The notes under the pieces are model-generated. The model saw nothing but the letters and a program-made list of their open reading frames with translations, searched no databases and was not told the DNA's origin. Shown piece by piece: positions 14,545 through 21,375 of a DNA stretch of 24,000 bases. Source of the stretch: Bradyrhizobium frederickii (GTDB taxonomy: Bacteria > Pseudomonadota > Alphaproteobacteria > Rhizobiales > Xanthobacteraceae); the NCBI RefSeq assembly GCF_004570865.1, contig NZ_SPQS01000041.1, forward strand, positions 1-24,000, given 5' to 3'. The position numbers were made by a program, and so were the translations under genes. The number at the start of each line of letters is the position of its first letter. The stretch's first letter is position 1.

Positions 14545-14769
14545 GTGAAAGCGGTAACAAAACAGAAGGCAGACAGAGCTTGCGCCAAAGAGTTGAAGAT
14601 TTTGGCGCGGGTCGAAAAGGATCTCGAAAATGCACGCGACTCCGGAGCGGTTGAAGACGTCTTCCTTGGGCTTGAGGAAATCTACTCGATGCACATGCAC
14701 ACCGAGCATCAAAGCGTCCGAGCAAGATGCGAAGCCATCTTGCGCGCCGGCAGTTTGCCGAAGGCGTAA
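14545..14769 (+). CDS. Small hypothetical protein (74 aa, charged/helical)
   Basis: GTG start with GGAGA 9 nt upstream. The composition is protein-like (MKAVTKQKADRACAKELKILARVEKDLENARDSG...). I recognise no family. Confidence 0.35.
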   Translation: MKAVTKQKADRACAKELKILARVEKDLENARDSGAVEDVFLGLEEIYSMHMHTEHQSVRARCEAILRAGSLPKA

Positions 14770-14865
14770 CTGACGATCGTAGAGCGCTCTACGCATTTGA
14801 GCAACGAGGCGGGCAAAGCCGGCATCTGATGGCCCCGGCACGCTCCTAAAAGGTGATAATAACCC

Positions 14866-15051
14866 GTGCGAGACCTGATCATCGAAGCCTTTGACAGCGT
14901 CATCCGCCGCGAGATCGCGGAAGCGGACGACGTTCGCAAGGAAATCGCCCAGCGCGGCGCCTATTGGGCCGGCGACCAGCTATGGAAGCTGCGCCGCCAA
15001 GTCGCCGCGCTGCGCAAGCGTATCGCCGAGGTTGAAGAAACCGACGCGTGA
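14866..15051 (+). CDS. Small hypothetical coiled-coil-like protein (61 aa)
   Basis: GTG start behind AAGGTGA. The sequence is MRDLIIEAFDSVIRREIAEADDVRKEIAQRGAYWAGDQLWKLRRQVAALRKRIAEVEETDA. I recognise no family. Confidence 0.35.
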   Translation: MRDLIIEAFDSVIRREIAEADDVRKEIAQRGAYWAGDQLWKLRRQVAALRKRIAEVEETDA

Positions 15052-15149
15052 TCTCAGCAGACCGCGAGTATCGCCAAGCAGCGCGAGAGGTCAAAGAGCG
15101 CGACTACCTTAGACAAGCCGAATTGGATTATCGACCTAGTCCGGCCGCA

Positions 15150-15400
15150 GATCGGTCATCTTCAGACCGGCGCCATCACGTCATCAGACGTGCTGGCGGC
15201 GCTTCGCAACGTGGAGGCAACTGGCCGGCATTGAAAGCGAGCCGGTACGAAACGACAAAGCGATGCCGGGCGCCCCTTAGCCGCGTATTCTCATACGCAG
15301 TCGCGAAGGACCTGCGCTAATTCGACCCGGCTGCGGCGTTTGCGAAGTCGGGCCACCTGACGCCGCCGAAACGGAGAACTAGCGAAGGCTGGGGATAGTC
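15150..15400 (+). pseudogene. P4-type tyrosine integrase, N-terminal/SAM-like-domain fragment with frameshift and in-frame stop
   Basis: Read across two frames: ..IGHLQTGAITSSDVLAALRNVEATGRH, then ..ETTKRCRAPLSRVFSYAVAKDLR*FDPAAAFAKSGHLTPPKRR. This matches the integrase pattern lG...i..It..dv...l..ie..G..etA.R.r..l..vF.yAva.g....DPa..l......ppk. No catalytic domain follows. Confidence 0.5.
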
Positions 15401-15404
15401 AAAA

Positions 15405-15426
15405 TGGTGCCGCTGAGGGGATTGAA
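15405..15426 (-). other. tRNA 3'-end-like sequence (possible att scar of an integrative element)
   Basis: The minus strand reads TTCAATCCCCTCAGCGGCACCA. This parses as T-loop/T-stem 3' half (..AATCCCCT), a 7-nt acceptor 3' strand CAGCGGC (implying G1-C72), discriminator A, and CCA. No 5' half or cloverleaf is present. It directly abuts the truncated integrase fragment. Confidence 0.35.
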
Positions 15427-15845
15427 AGCTAAATACAAGGGCTTGATAACTGATATCAATTTCTAAAATAACTCGGCGACATACCAACGTCGCTACGAAC
15501 ACGCCCCGAACGCTTGCGGAGATTTGCCGGGGATAACGCCAGCGGGAGCATGCCCGGCCAATGACGGCGCGTGTAATGTGCACTTGCACAACCGGGGGCG
15601 GAGCATGGTACCTGACTACGCGTTCACCGCAGGCACAATTGCTTTTGCAGGGGTCGGAATAGGAGCTCTCGCCCGCCGCGCTACTGAAACGGGTGCACGG
15701 CCACGGCGAGGATGAATAACGCCAGCGCCGCTTCAATGAACTACCGCTTCTTTATCGAGGCCGGCCAGCTGCTGATCGAAGATCGCGGGTCGCCGCTTTC
15801 AGGCGGCTAGGGCTTTCTTCGCATGATATCTTTTTTGACGATTGG

Positions 15846-16289
15846 GTGTCTCGCGCACAGGGTGAGAGCGATCGTCGACGCTATTTGATTGCGGCTAAGA
15901 TTGATGAAGTCAGCCGTGAGACGCGCGCCGAGGAAGCAGCGCGGAAGCGCGGGTGGATAGCGTCAGCCCGAATGGCCTTCCAACCTAGGCGACGCGAAGC
16001 CTGCTTCGTTTGCGGCAAATTCCAGTCCATCTCTCAGGCTCATCATGTTGTGCCATTGGGCGAGCAGTTCGACCGAGGGTTTTCGGTCGCCAACCACGAG
16101 CACGAGTTCCTGTGCCCCAACCATCACGCAATCCTCAACCTCTGGATTGATGACGACATCTCCCACCAGCGGCGCGGCCGGCGCGCCGCTCCCACGTTTG
16201 AGGATCTAACGAATGAAGAGGTGGAGCGAATGTTTCAACTGTCAGGTCGCGCTGGGCCAGTGAACGCAACAGCGAAGGGAACGGAATGA
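15846..16289 (+). CDS. HNH endonuclease-domain protein
   Basis: CFVCGKFQSISQAHHVVPL...ANHEHEFLCPNHHAIL has the C-x2-C ... H-H ... N ... C-x-N-H-H layout of HNH / zinc-finger nucleases. The GTG start lacks a clear Shine-Dalgarno, so the start is uncertain. Confidence 0.7.
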   Translation: MSRAQGESDRRRYLIAAKIDEVSRETRAEEAARKRGWIASARMAFQPRRREACFVCGKFQSISQAHHVVPLGEQFDRGFSVANHEHEFLCPNHHAILNLWIDDDISHQRRGRRAAPTFEDLTNEEVERMFQLSGRAGPVNATAKGTE

Positions 16290-16504
16290 ACCGACTGCAG
16301 AAATTCGTTGAACGAGGCGCCTTCGGAGAAGGTCCCGGTCGCACCGCCTACGTGCTCAATCCGATGAAGCTGCCCGATCCGAGCCGCGGCTTCGAATGGC
16401 ACATCGTGGGCGACTTCTTGCCTGGCGAGGCCATCCTCGCGGACCCTGGGCTAAAGCAAGTATACGAGGTGCCACTGAAACGCGGCTGCGCGGCGGTGGC
16501 CTGA
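16286..16504 (+). CDS. Hypothetical protein (72 aa), translationally coupled to the HNH gene
   Basis: Its ATG overlaps the HNH stop (ATGA at 16286-16289). The composition is protein-like. I recognise no family. Confidence 0.5.
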   Translation: MNRLQKFVERGAFGEGPGRTAYVLNPMKLPDPSRGFEWHIVGDFLPGEAILADPGLKQVYEVPLKRGCAAVA

Positions 16505-17268
16505 TGAAGAGCGACCGCTTTCCCTATGAAGCCTCGCGTTGGTCCCCGGCGCAGCCAGATCAAGCCAAACGATGGTTCGAAGAACTGGAAACGCAAAGTC
16601 CGCTGAACGTCCGCAACAGACTGACGCAAACCGACGCCGGCCCAGCCGGCGCGGTTACGATCGGAACGACGGAAATGACGATCGGCTTCGCCGAAGACTG
16701 GTTAGCGTGGCACGATCGCAAGCGAGAGGCATCCGAAGACAAACGACACAGGAAGCACTGGCTCGATTGGGCCGGGTGGGTGGTTGCGGTGATATCAATG
16801 TGCATTGCCGCGTTCACGACCTATCGCACGGTTCTTATCCAACGCGACGACATCCGTGTCGTTGTCGACGGTGTCCTGCGCGGCGCCGACGAGATTGCTA
16901 CCTATCTTTACGGCGAAGGGCAGGATTCTAGTGCTCTGATCGATGGCTACGTAGGTGTTCCCTTTAGTCAGCTGACGGACCACATCCCCGGTGTCACTGG
17001 CGCCTCGCAAGTCGATTTTGATTTATCAATGAAATTTCTCGATGACGCCGAGTTGGTAAAAATAGGGCCTATGGAAATGTACGACAATCCACCGGGCAGC
17101 CGCGTAATCGTTCTGGGTTTCTACAGCAAGCGTGAGTACGCGTACCTCACAGAGACGGGGTATCGAGTACCGACTGATGGCCGCAGGCGCGCCATCATCG
17201 CGAGCCAGAGCCGCGCAAATCCACATTTCCGGGGTCACATTTCACCAATCACAAATAGCTCTTGGTGA
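16504..17268 (+). CDS. Hypothetical single-pass membrane protein (254 aa)
   Basis: I prefer the ATG at 16504, which overlaps the upstream stop (TGATG), over the ORF-track start at 16396. There is one central TM helix (WAGWVVAVISMCIAAFTTY) between two soluble domains. I recognise no family. Confidence 0.55.
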   Translation: MKSDRFPYEASRWSPAQPDQAKRWFEELETQSPLNVRNRLTQTDAGPAGAVTIGTTEMTIGFAEDWLAWHDRKREASEDKRHRKHWLDWAGWVVAVISMCIAAFTTYRTVLIQRDDIRVVVDGVLRGADEIATYLYGEGQDSSALIDGYVGVPFSQLTDHIPGVTGASQVDFDLSMKFLDDAELVKIGPMEMYDNPPGSRVIVLGFYSKREYAYLTETGYRVPTDGRRRAIIASQSRANPHFRGHISPITNSSW

Positions 17269-17700
17269 GCGCGTGGCCCAGCAACAGCGCATTGAGGATG
17301 TGAATGATGCCGAAGTTGTTGAGCGTCTCGCGCAGCTTCTTTCAGCTTTGCGACTGCACTACGGCCATCACGACGGCGGTCGGCTTCCCGCGTGTAGCGT
17401 TCCGCTTCGGCGAGCGTCACTTCCTGGGCGGTCGCGCCAGCGTCAGCGAGCAGACGACCGAGGGTCTTGTGCAAACCGTGCGACTTACAGTCGAGCGGGA
17501 ACCCGGCCGCCGTCATGGCGTCCCGCATCCATCCTGAGAACCCGTCGACCGTGAACGGCTTGCCATACTCGGTGTTGATAATCGTGACGTGTTGCCGCGA
17601 CCACTTCGGTCCTAGGCACGGCGGTTACTCCTATGAGCACAGCCAGCTCGAACAGTTGCAGGCCGAGGTTTAATATGACAGGCACGCCGGGATGCGGCAA
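17235..17700 (-). pseudogene. Tyrosine recombinase (phage integrase family) C-terminal fragment, degraded
   Basis: Two minus-strand frames read ..ELAVLIGVTAVPRTEVVAATRHD.. and ..INTEYGKPFTVDGFSGWMRDAMTAAGFPLDCKSHGLHKTLGRLLADAGATAQEVTLAEAERYTREADRRR. The conserved HGLRK box reads HGLHK. The G-H box normally present between ...EI and TL..A.RYT is missing. Confidence 0.6.
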
Positions 17701-17710
17701 CCCACTGGTG

Positions 17711-17840
17711 CAGGTAGGTGCCCTCCGGTACTTTTCGACGACTTGTTTGGTAGCCCCCTTGGGAATTTAAGCCTCTCGGGAGCGAGCGCGGTCGGCTTTG
17801 CTACCAGACGGAACGCTGGCCGTGTTGAAGTTAACGGTGC
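17711..17840. repeat. Copy 1 of a ~130-nt imperfect direct repeat
   Basis: It shares CAGGTAGGTGC (11/11), CCCTTGGGAATTTAAGCCTCTCGGGAGC (26/28) and GAAGTTAACGG (10/11), in the same order and spacing as copy 2 at 18351-18479. Confidence 0.8.
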
Positions 17841-17985
17841 GTGGCAGAGACAGCGCTTATCGGTCCACTTTCAAGCGCCAGTCACTTCGCCGCTAACTTC
17901 ACTGGCAGCGCGGGCGTGGCAGCGACAGCGTCTGATGACCGGTGTCGAGTCGCGCCCGCGCTGCCTACGGTCACTGAGATTGAGA

Positions 17986-18291
17986 TCATTCGGGGCACTC
18001 GGGTAGGAGCGGGAGAACATTGTCTGGTTGAATGTCGTCGGCCGTTGTCTTGACGTACTTGTGCCCGTTGTGCGTGGCCCCAACCACACCAACCCTGCGT
18101 CCATTTTCTTCGACATAGAACTCCCATTCGGCGCTCTCGATATCTTTGACAACTTGGTCGATGGATCGCTTCCACGGCTTTCCATCGGGGTTTACTCCGC
18201 CGACATGTGTTATTCTTTCGTGAGGATTCTTTCTGCCCGTCTTGTTGGCGTAACGAATGCGTGCGCGTTTGGCCACTTGAGTCTCTCCCAA
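17986..18291 (-). CDS. DUF3892 domain protein
   Basis: The 101-aa protein reads ..ERITHVGGVNPDGKPWKRSIDQVVKDIESAEWEFYVEENGRRVGVVGATHNGHKYVKTTADDIQPDNVLPLLPEC. This matches the DUF3892 pattern as I remember it (I..vgg......w..s...ai..Ie.g...fyv...g..v.V.vv....kYl.T..D....dNLl.LPeC). Confidence 0.75.
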   Translation of the reverse strand: MGETQVAKRARIRYANKTGRKNPHERITHVGGVNPDGKPWKRSIDQVVKDIESAEWEFYVEENGRRVGVVGATHNGHKYVKTTADDIQPDNVLPLLPECPE

Positions 18292-18350
18292 ATCTGCAAG
18301 CCTGAGGCACTAGCTTAGACCGGAGCAGTCAATTCGACCGGCTGCCAATT

Positions 18351-18479
18351 CAGGTAGGTGCTTCCAGTCCTTCTCAGCGATACTCCTTGATCGCACCCCT
18401 TGGGAATTTGAGCCTTTCGGGAGCAAAGGTGGCCAGCCTCGGTCTTCGAGGACGGGCTGGCCACCGAAGTTAGCGGCTC
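18351..18479. repeat. Copy 2 of the ~130-nt imperfect direct repeat; contains a strong hairpin
   Basis: See copy 1. In addition, GGTGGCCAGCC (18428-18438) pairs perfectly with GGCTGGCCACC (18455-18465), and there is an inner CCTCG/CGAGG stem. Confidence 0.8.
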
Positions 18480-18508
18480 AAATCCATGGGCCCAGTACGG
18501 GCCAACGG

Positions 18509-18781
18509 ATGCACATATTCGAGCGGCACATCACGTCCCTGCAGTCGCAAGCGCTTGCGGTGCTTGCAGCCAATCAGGCCGGCGCGGTCGATCCGTCTCT
18601 GAGCTCATCAGCTCGCCAACTCGCGACATTTAATGCCGCTGAGGCTCAGGCAATGGTGGAGATACTCGATTGCGTGAAACCCAATCTCGGGCCGAAGGAG
18701 GCACGGAAGATCGCTGCACGCATACGCACTCTTCTAGGAGCGCCGCGTGAGTGCCAACCGGTTCGGGTGAGGTGCCTGTGA
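18509..18781 (+). CDS. Hypothetical protein (90 aa)
   Basis: ATG start with helical, protein-like composition. I recognise no family. Only weak coding evidence. Confidence 0.3.
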   Translation: MHIFERHITSLQSQALAVLAANQAGAVDPSLSSSARQLATFNAAEAQAMVEILDCVKPNLGPKEARKIAARIRTLLGAPRECQPVRVRCL

Positions 18782-18889
18782 GACTTTCGCCAGCGCGCCG
18801 CGCCCGCACTGCTCCCGGTGTGCGGGTTAGTCATAAAAGCACTGGGTGCGCTCGCGATAGCTGACGAAAGGCTGGCGGACTGTCTTGCT

Positions 18890-19462
18890 TCAATCACGAC
18901 CGACAGGCTGCCAGGACTCCAAGTCGGTCCCCGAATGAGGTGCCCCAGCGCGGGTAGCATGCCGGGGCGAGACGTTGTCTTTGGGACCCAACGGCCTCAT
19001 TGGTGATTCATTCGTCTGGAGCCGATCTTTCGCCTCATAAGCGGTGTAGCCGGATCCGGTATTCTCGCTATGCTCTTCTATGTTTCCGCGCAGCTCCCCG
19101 ATTGCGCCGAACAACTGGCCGGCCGTATCGGGCGCAAACCCTGCCTCTACCGCTGCTTTCTTGCCTCGCATGGCAAACTCAGTCCAGTCGCTATGCTGCG
19201 CCAGGATTTCCGGCATTGTAACGAAGCCCTGATTGCCGGGTGCGGAAAACCATTTTTTGCCCGCGGCCATGGCCCGCATAAGTTCGGCATGTCTTCCGAC
19301 GTTGAGCCAGGTGTGCTTATTGAGCGGGATTCCGGCATGATGGAGTTCGGCCAAAGGACCGAGGTCGCTGGCCTTAACCTGCAAATCTCCAGCGAAATCC
19401 ACCCCTCCGGCCACGGCCAGAGCGACATCGTTAGCAAGATCGAATGAAAGTTCGTGAACCAC
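18890..19462 (-). CDS. Hypothetical protein with GHKL-ATPase N-box-like motif, possibly truncated
   Basis: The GTG start lies 6 nt after the upstream stop, with GAGGG as Shine-Dalgarno. AIGELRGNIEEHSE resembles the E-x-x-x-N-x-x-x-H N-box of HATPase_c / anti-sigma-kinase-like proteins. The last ~40 aa (LQTNESPMRPLGPKDNVSPRHATRAG...) look non-native, suggesting truncation or frame loss. Confidence 0.45.
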   Translation of the reverse strand: MVHELSFDLANDVALAVAGGVDFAGDLQVKASDLGPLAELHHAGIPLNKHTWLNVGRHAELMRAMAAGKKWFSAPGNQGFVTMPEILAQHSDWTEFAMRGKKAAVEAGFAPDTAGQLFGAIGELRGNIEEHSENTGSGYTAYEAKDRLQTNESPMRPLGPKDNVSPRHATRAGAPHSGTDLESWQPVGRD

Positions 19463-19468
19463 GCGCCC

Positions 19469-20543
19469 TCATCCCGCCTCGCTGGCATAGTGAAGCGCGC
19501 GCAGGAGCGTTACCCGTTCCCGCAGGTTATGAAGGAAAAGACCGTCGAGCGGATCGCCCGGCCTGGTCGGGCTTGGCAGCCAGCGCAGCGCGTCGTTGCC
19601 GTCGCGCTCGGCGCGCTGGCGTTTCAGCGTCTTCATGAAGGCGCTGGTTTCGAGATAAATCACCTTGCGGAAATGTCTGCGCAGAAAAGCGATCACTTCG
19701 GGATCGCCCCGCACAACGATATCGAGTTCCCGGCCTGCCGCAGCCGCAAGACCGGCAAGCTGTTCAAGGTGCCAGCTGCGGCGCGCACGGCGTCCCGGGC
19801 CGGTCGTAAATTCATATGATAATGTCTCGACTTCAGTGCGAGCCGCGATCTCGGCGGCCCAGCGTTCGAAGTCTCGCTCGGTCCTGCCATGGGCATGAAG
19901 GGCGCAGGGAATGCCGCCCCGGGCGAACTCTTCGAAGACGATGAGAATGCGTTTCAGCGCATGCATATCATCGGTGCGGGGCTGGTCCAGCACCACGCTG
20001 AAGTTCGGCGTCGTGACCATGTCGATGCCGATGCCGCGCATCTGCTCGATTATACGAGCACGGTCTTCGCCCAGAGTCCACCACGGCTCGATGCGGTGAT
20101 CCTGATGCACGCCGCTGAGGATAATCCGGGCATTTTCCGGGATGTGGTATGCAGCGCAGAGCGAAGCGCGGTCTTTGAATTTGAGCGCCCTTCCGCGGAA
20201 GCTGACAATGTCCGGCAGGCGCAGGGCGAACGTCGAGCCTGCCAGCTGCCCGACGCGGCCGCTTCCATGGTACACGAGCGGCACAATATCGTCGCTGATC
20301 TGGTGCCTCACGAGCGGCGCGCGGTACGTTGTCGAAGTCGAAGCCGCCGATCTCGCGCAACTGCTCGGCAAAGCGAACGCTGGGCGCGTTTCTGCAAACC
20401 CGGGTGAATTTGTCAGGATTGTTGCAGCAAAGGCCAAGGCAATCGAAAAGGGAGTCCTTCACGCACAACCCGCCGCAGGCTGCGAAGTGATGGCAGTCGT
20501 GACAGCCAAGCGAAAGCGAATATGCCGTCGGGTCGTGGGTCAA
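19469..20543 (-). pseudogene. Cys-rich (8 Cys in ~45 aa) N-terminal module fused to an alpha/beta domain; frame broken near 20311-20327
   Basis: Frame A (20543 down to about 20320) reads MTHDPTAYSLSLGCHDCHHFAACGGLCVKDSLFDCLGLCCNNPDKFTRVCRNAPSVRFAEQLREIGGFDFDNVPRA. Frame B (down to 19469) continues PLVRHQISDDIVPLVYHGSG...ARIILSGVHQD...GIDMVTTPNFSVVLDQPRTDDMHALKR...GIPCALHAHGRTERDFERW.... The PNFS...D.PR....N..R...GIP segment faintly recalls DUF4417-type proteins (low-certainty memory). An ATG at 20592 has a strong Shine-Dalgarno (GAGGTGG) and an ATGA overlap with the upstream gene, but gives only 17 codons. This suggests a second frame break. Confidence 0.5.
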
Positions 20544-20589
20544 GCATTGATGATGGTCTCATCGCTGCGTGTGTCGAAATGAGCCGAAA

Positions 20590-20928
20590 TCATTTAATTT
20601 CCACCTCAACCGTGTTCGAAAGCGGGTTGACGCGGATGATCTCGCCAACCGCAATGCCAGCGCCCACAGAGAGGGCCTTCAGGATGTCAGACGGTGCAGA
20701 GAACTGCACCGAGTTTCCCACACAGCCCAGAAGCTTGCCCTTGTCCGCCTGTAGGATGTGGTCGCTGCCGACAGATGGGGCAACGCCCTTTTCCATCACA
20801 GCGATGAACGAGCGGGGATGGTCTTCGGGGGAGCGGGTAAAGAGATCGAGCGTGGCGAGCGCAACGCGCTGGCGATCAATGTACTTGTCGTGCGAACGGC
20901 GGCGCTTTTTGAGTTCTTCGGCCCCCAT
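20590..20928 (-). CDS. Hypothetical protein (112 aa)
   Basis: The ATG at 20928 overlaps the stop of the upstream wHTH frame (TGATG). The sequence is MGAEELKKRRRSHDKYIDRQRVALATLDLF...VGEIIRVNPLSNTVEVEIK. I recognise no family. Confidence 0.55.
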   Translation of the reverse strand: MGAEELKKRRRSHDKYIDRQRVALATLDLFTRSPEDHPRSFIAVMEKGVAPSVGSDHILQADKGKLLGCVGNSVQFSAPSDILKALSVGAGIAVGEIIRVNPLSNTVEVEIK

Positions 20929-21223
20929 CAATTGGCCTCCGTGAACAAAGGTTGATAAAACTTCGCGCGGCCTTGGGTAAATTCAAGGATCAGGCCCGCT
21001 GCCGCCAGCGATGCAAGGCGGTTATTCCAGACCGTAGGAGCGGTTACGCCGTCCGCTTCGCCGAACATGCGATTCAAGTCGCCGGCAGTTGTGCGGCCAA
21101 GGCTGGTGACGCGCTCAAACGTGGATGCCTGCTTCTCCTCTCGAACGCGGTTAGTTTGCTTCGCGAGCCGAAATCCTGCGACTCAAGCTGACCGCGCAGT
21201 TTCATGACGTGAGCGTTTTTCAT
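20928..21223 (-). pseudogene. Winged-helix DNA-binding protein, frame broken near 21150-21170
   Basis: The ATGs at 21223 and 21205 open a frame (MKNAHVMKLRGQLESQDFGSRSKL..) that stops after 49 codons. A second frame reads ..NRVREEKQASTFERVTSLGRTTAGDLNRMFGEADGVTAPTVWNNRLASLAAAGLILEFTQGRAKFYQP, a clear wHTH pattern (recognition helix plus L..L...GL....... wing), but it has no start codon of its own. Confidence 0.45.
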
Positions 21224-21375
21224 GGAAATTATGTTGAGAGATTATTTTTCATGGAGTACGATTGATTTTCGACATTTCGCAGCGGGGTGAAGGAAATTCA
21301 GGACTTGAGATTGTTTTTCAGGGACATCGGGATATAGCGTGCAATTTTCAGGACCAGTGAGTGTTTTTCATGATC
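21199..21375. promoter_or_regulatory. Array of eight TTTTTCAKG-type direct repeats in the divergent wHTH/fic control region
   Basis: The motif cores are GTTTCATGA, TTTTTCATGG, TTTTTCATGG, GATTTTCGAC, AAATTCAGGA, TTTTTCAGGG, AATTTTCAGG and TTTTTCATGA. The conserved C falls at 21203, 21221, 21250, 21270, 21299, 21319, 21349 and 21369, giving spacings of 18, 29, 20, 29, 20, 30 and 20 nt. The region is locally AT-rich. Confidence 0.75.

Noticed and set aside
15317-15736. 139-aa minus-strand ORF
   Set aside because: It spans the integrase scar, the tRNA-like remnant and AT-rich spacer. Its Cys/Arg/Ser-rich sequence has no motif and it lacks a start context.
18465-18495. GGCTCAAATCC, which resembles a tRNA T-loop (GGTTCAAATCC)
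   Set aside because: The flanking bases cannot form a T-stem or an acceptor stem, and no cloverleaf can be drawn.
19469-20543. Radical-SAM assignment for the Cys-rich protein
   Set aside because: The Cys spacing is C-x2-C-x5-C-x3-C, not the C-x3-C-x2-C radical-SAM motif. No GGE or other SAM-binding motifs were seen. The protein is left as an unassigned Fe-S/Zn-like module.
21199-21375. I considered whether the repeat array could be a small CRISPR array or tandem satellite.
   Set aside because: The repeats are only 9-10 nt. The spacers alternate between about 10 and 20 nt and are partly similar to each other. There is no palindromic repeat core. A regulatory array is the better explanation.
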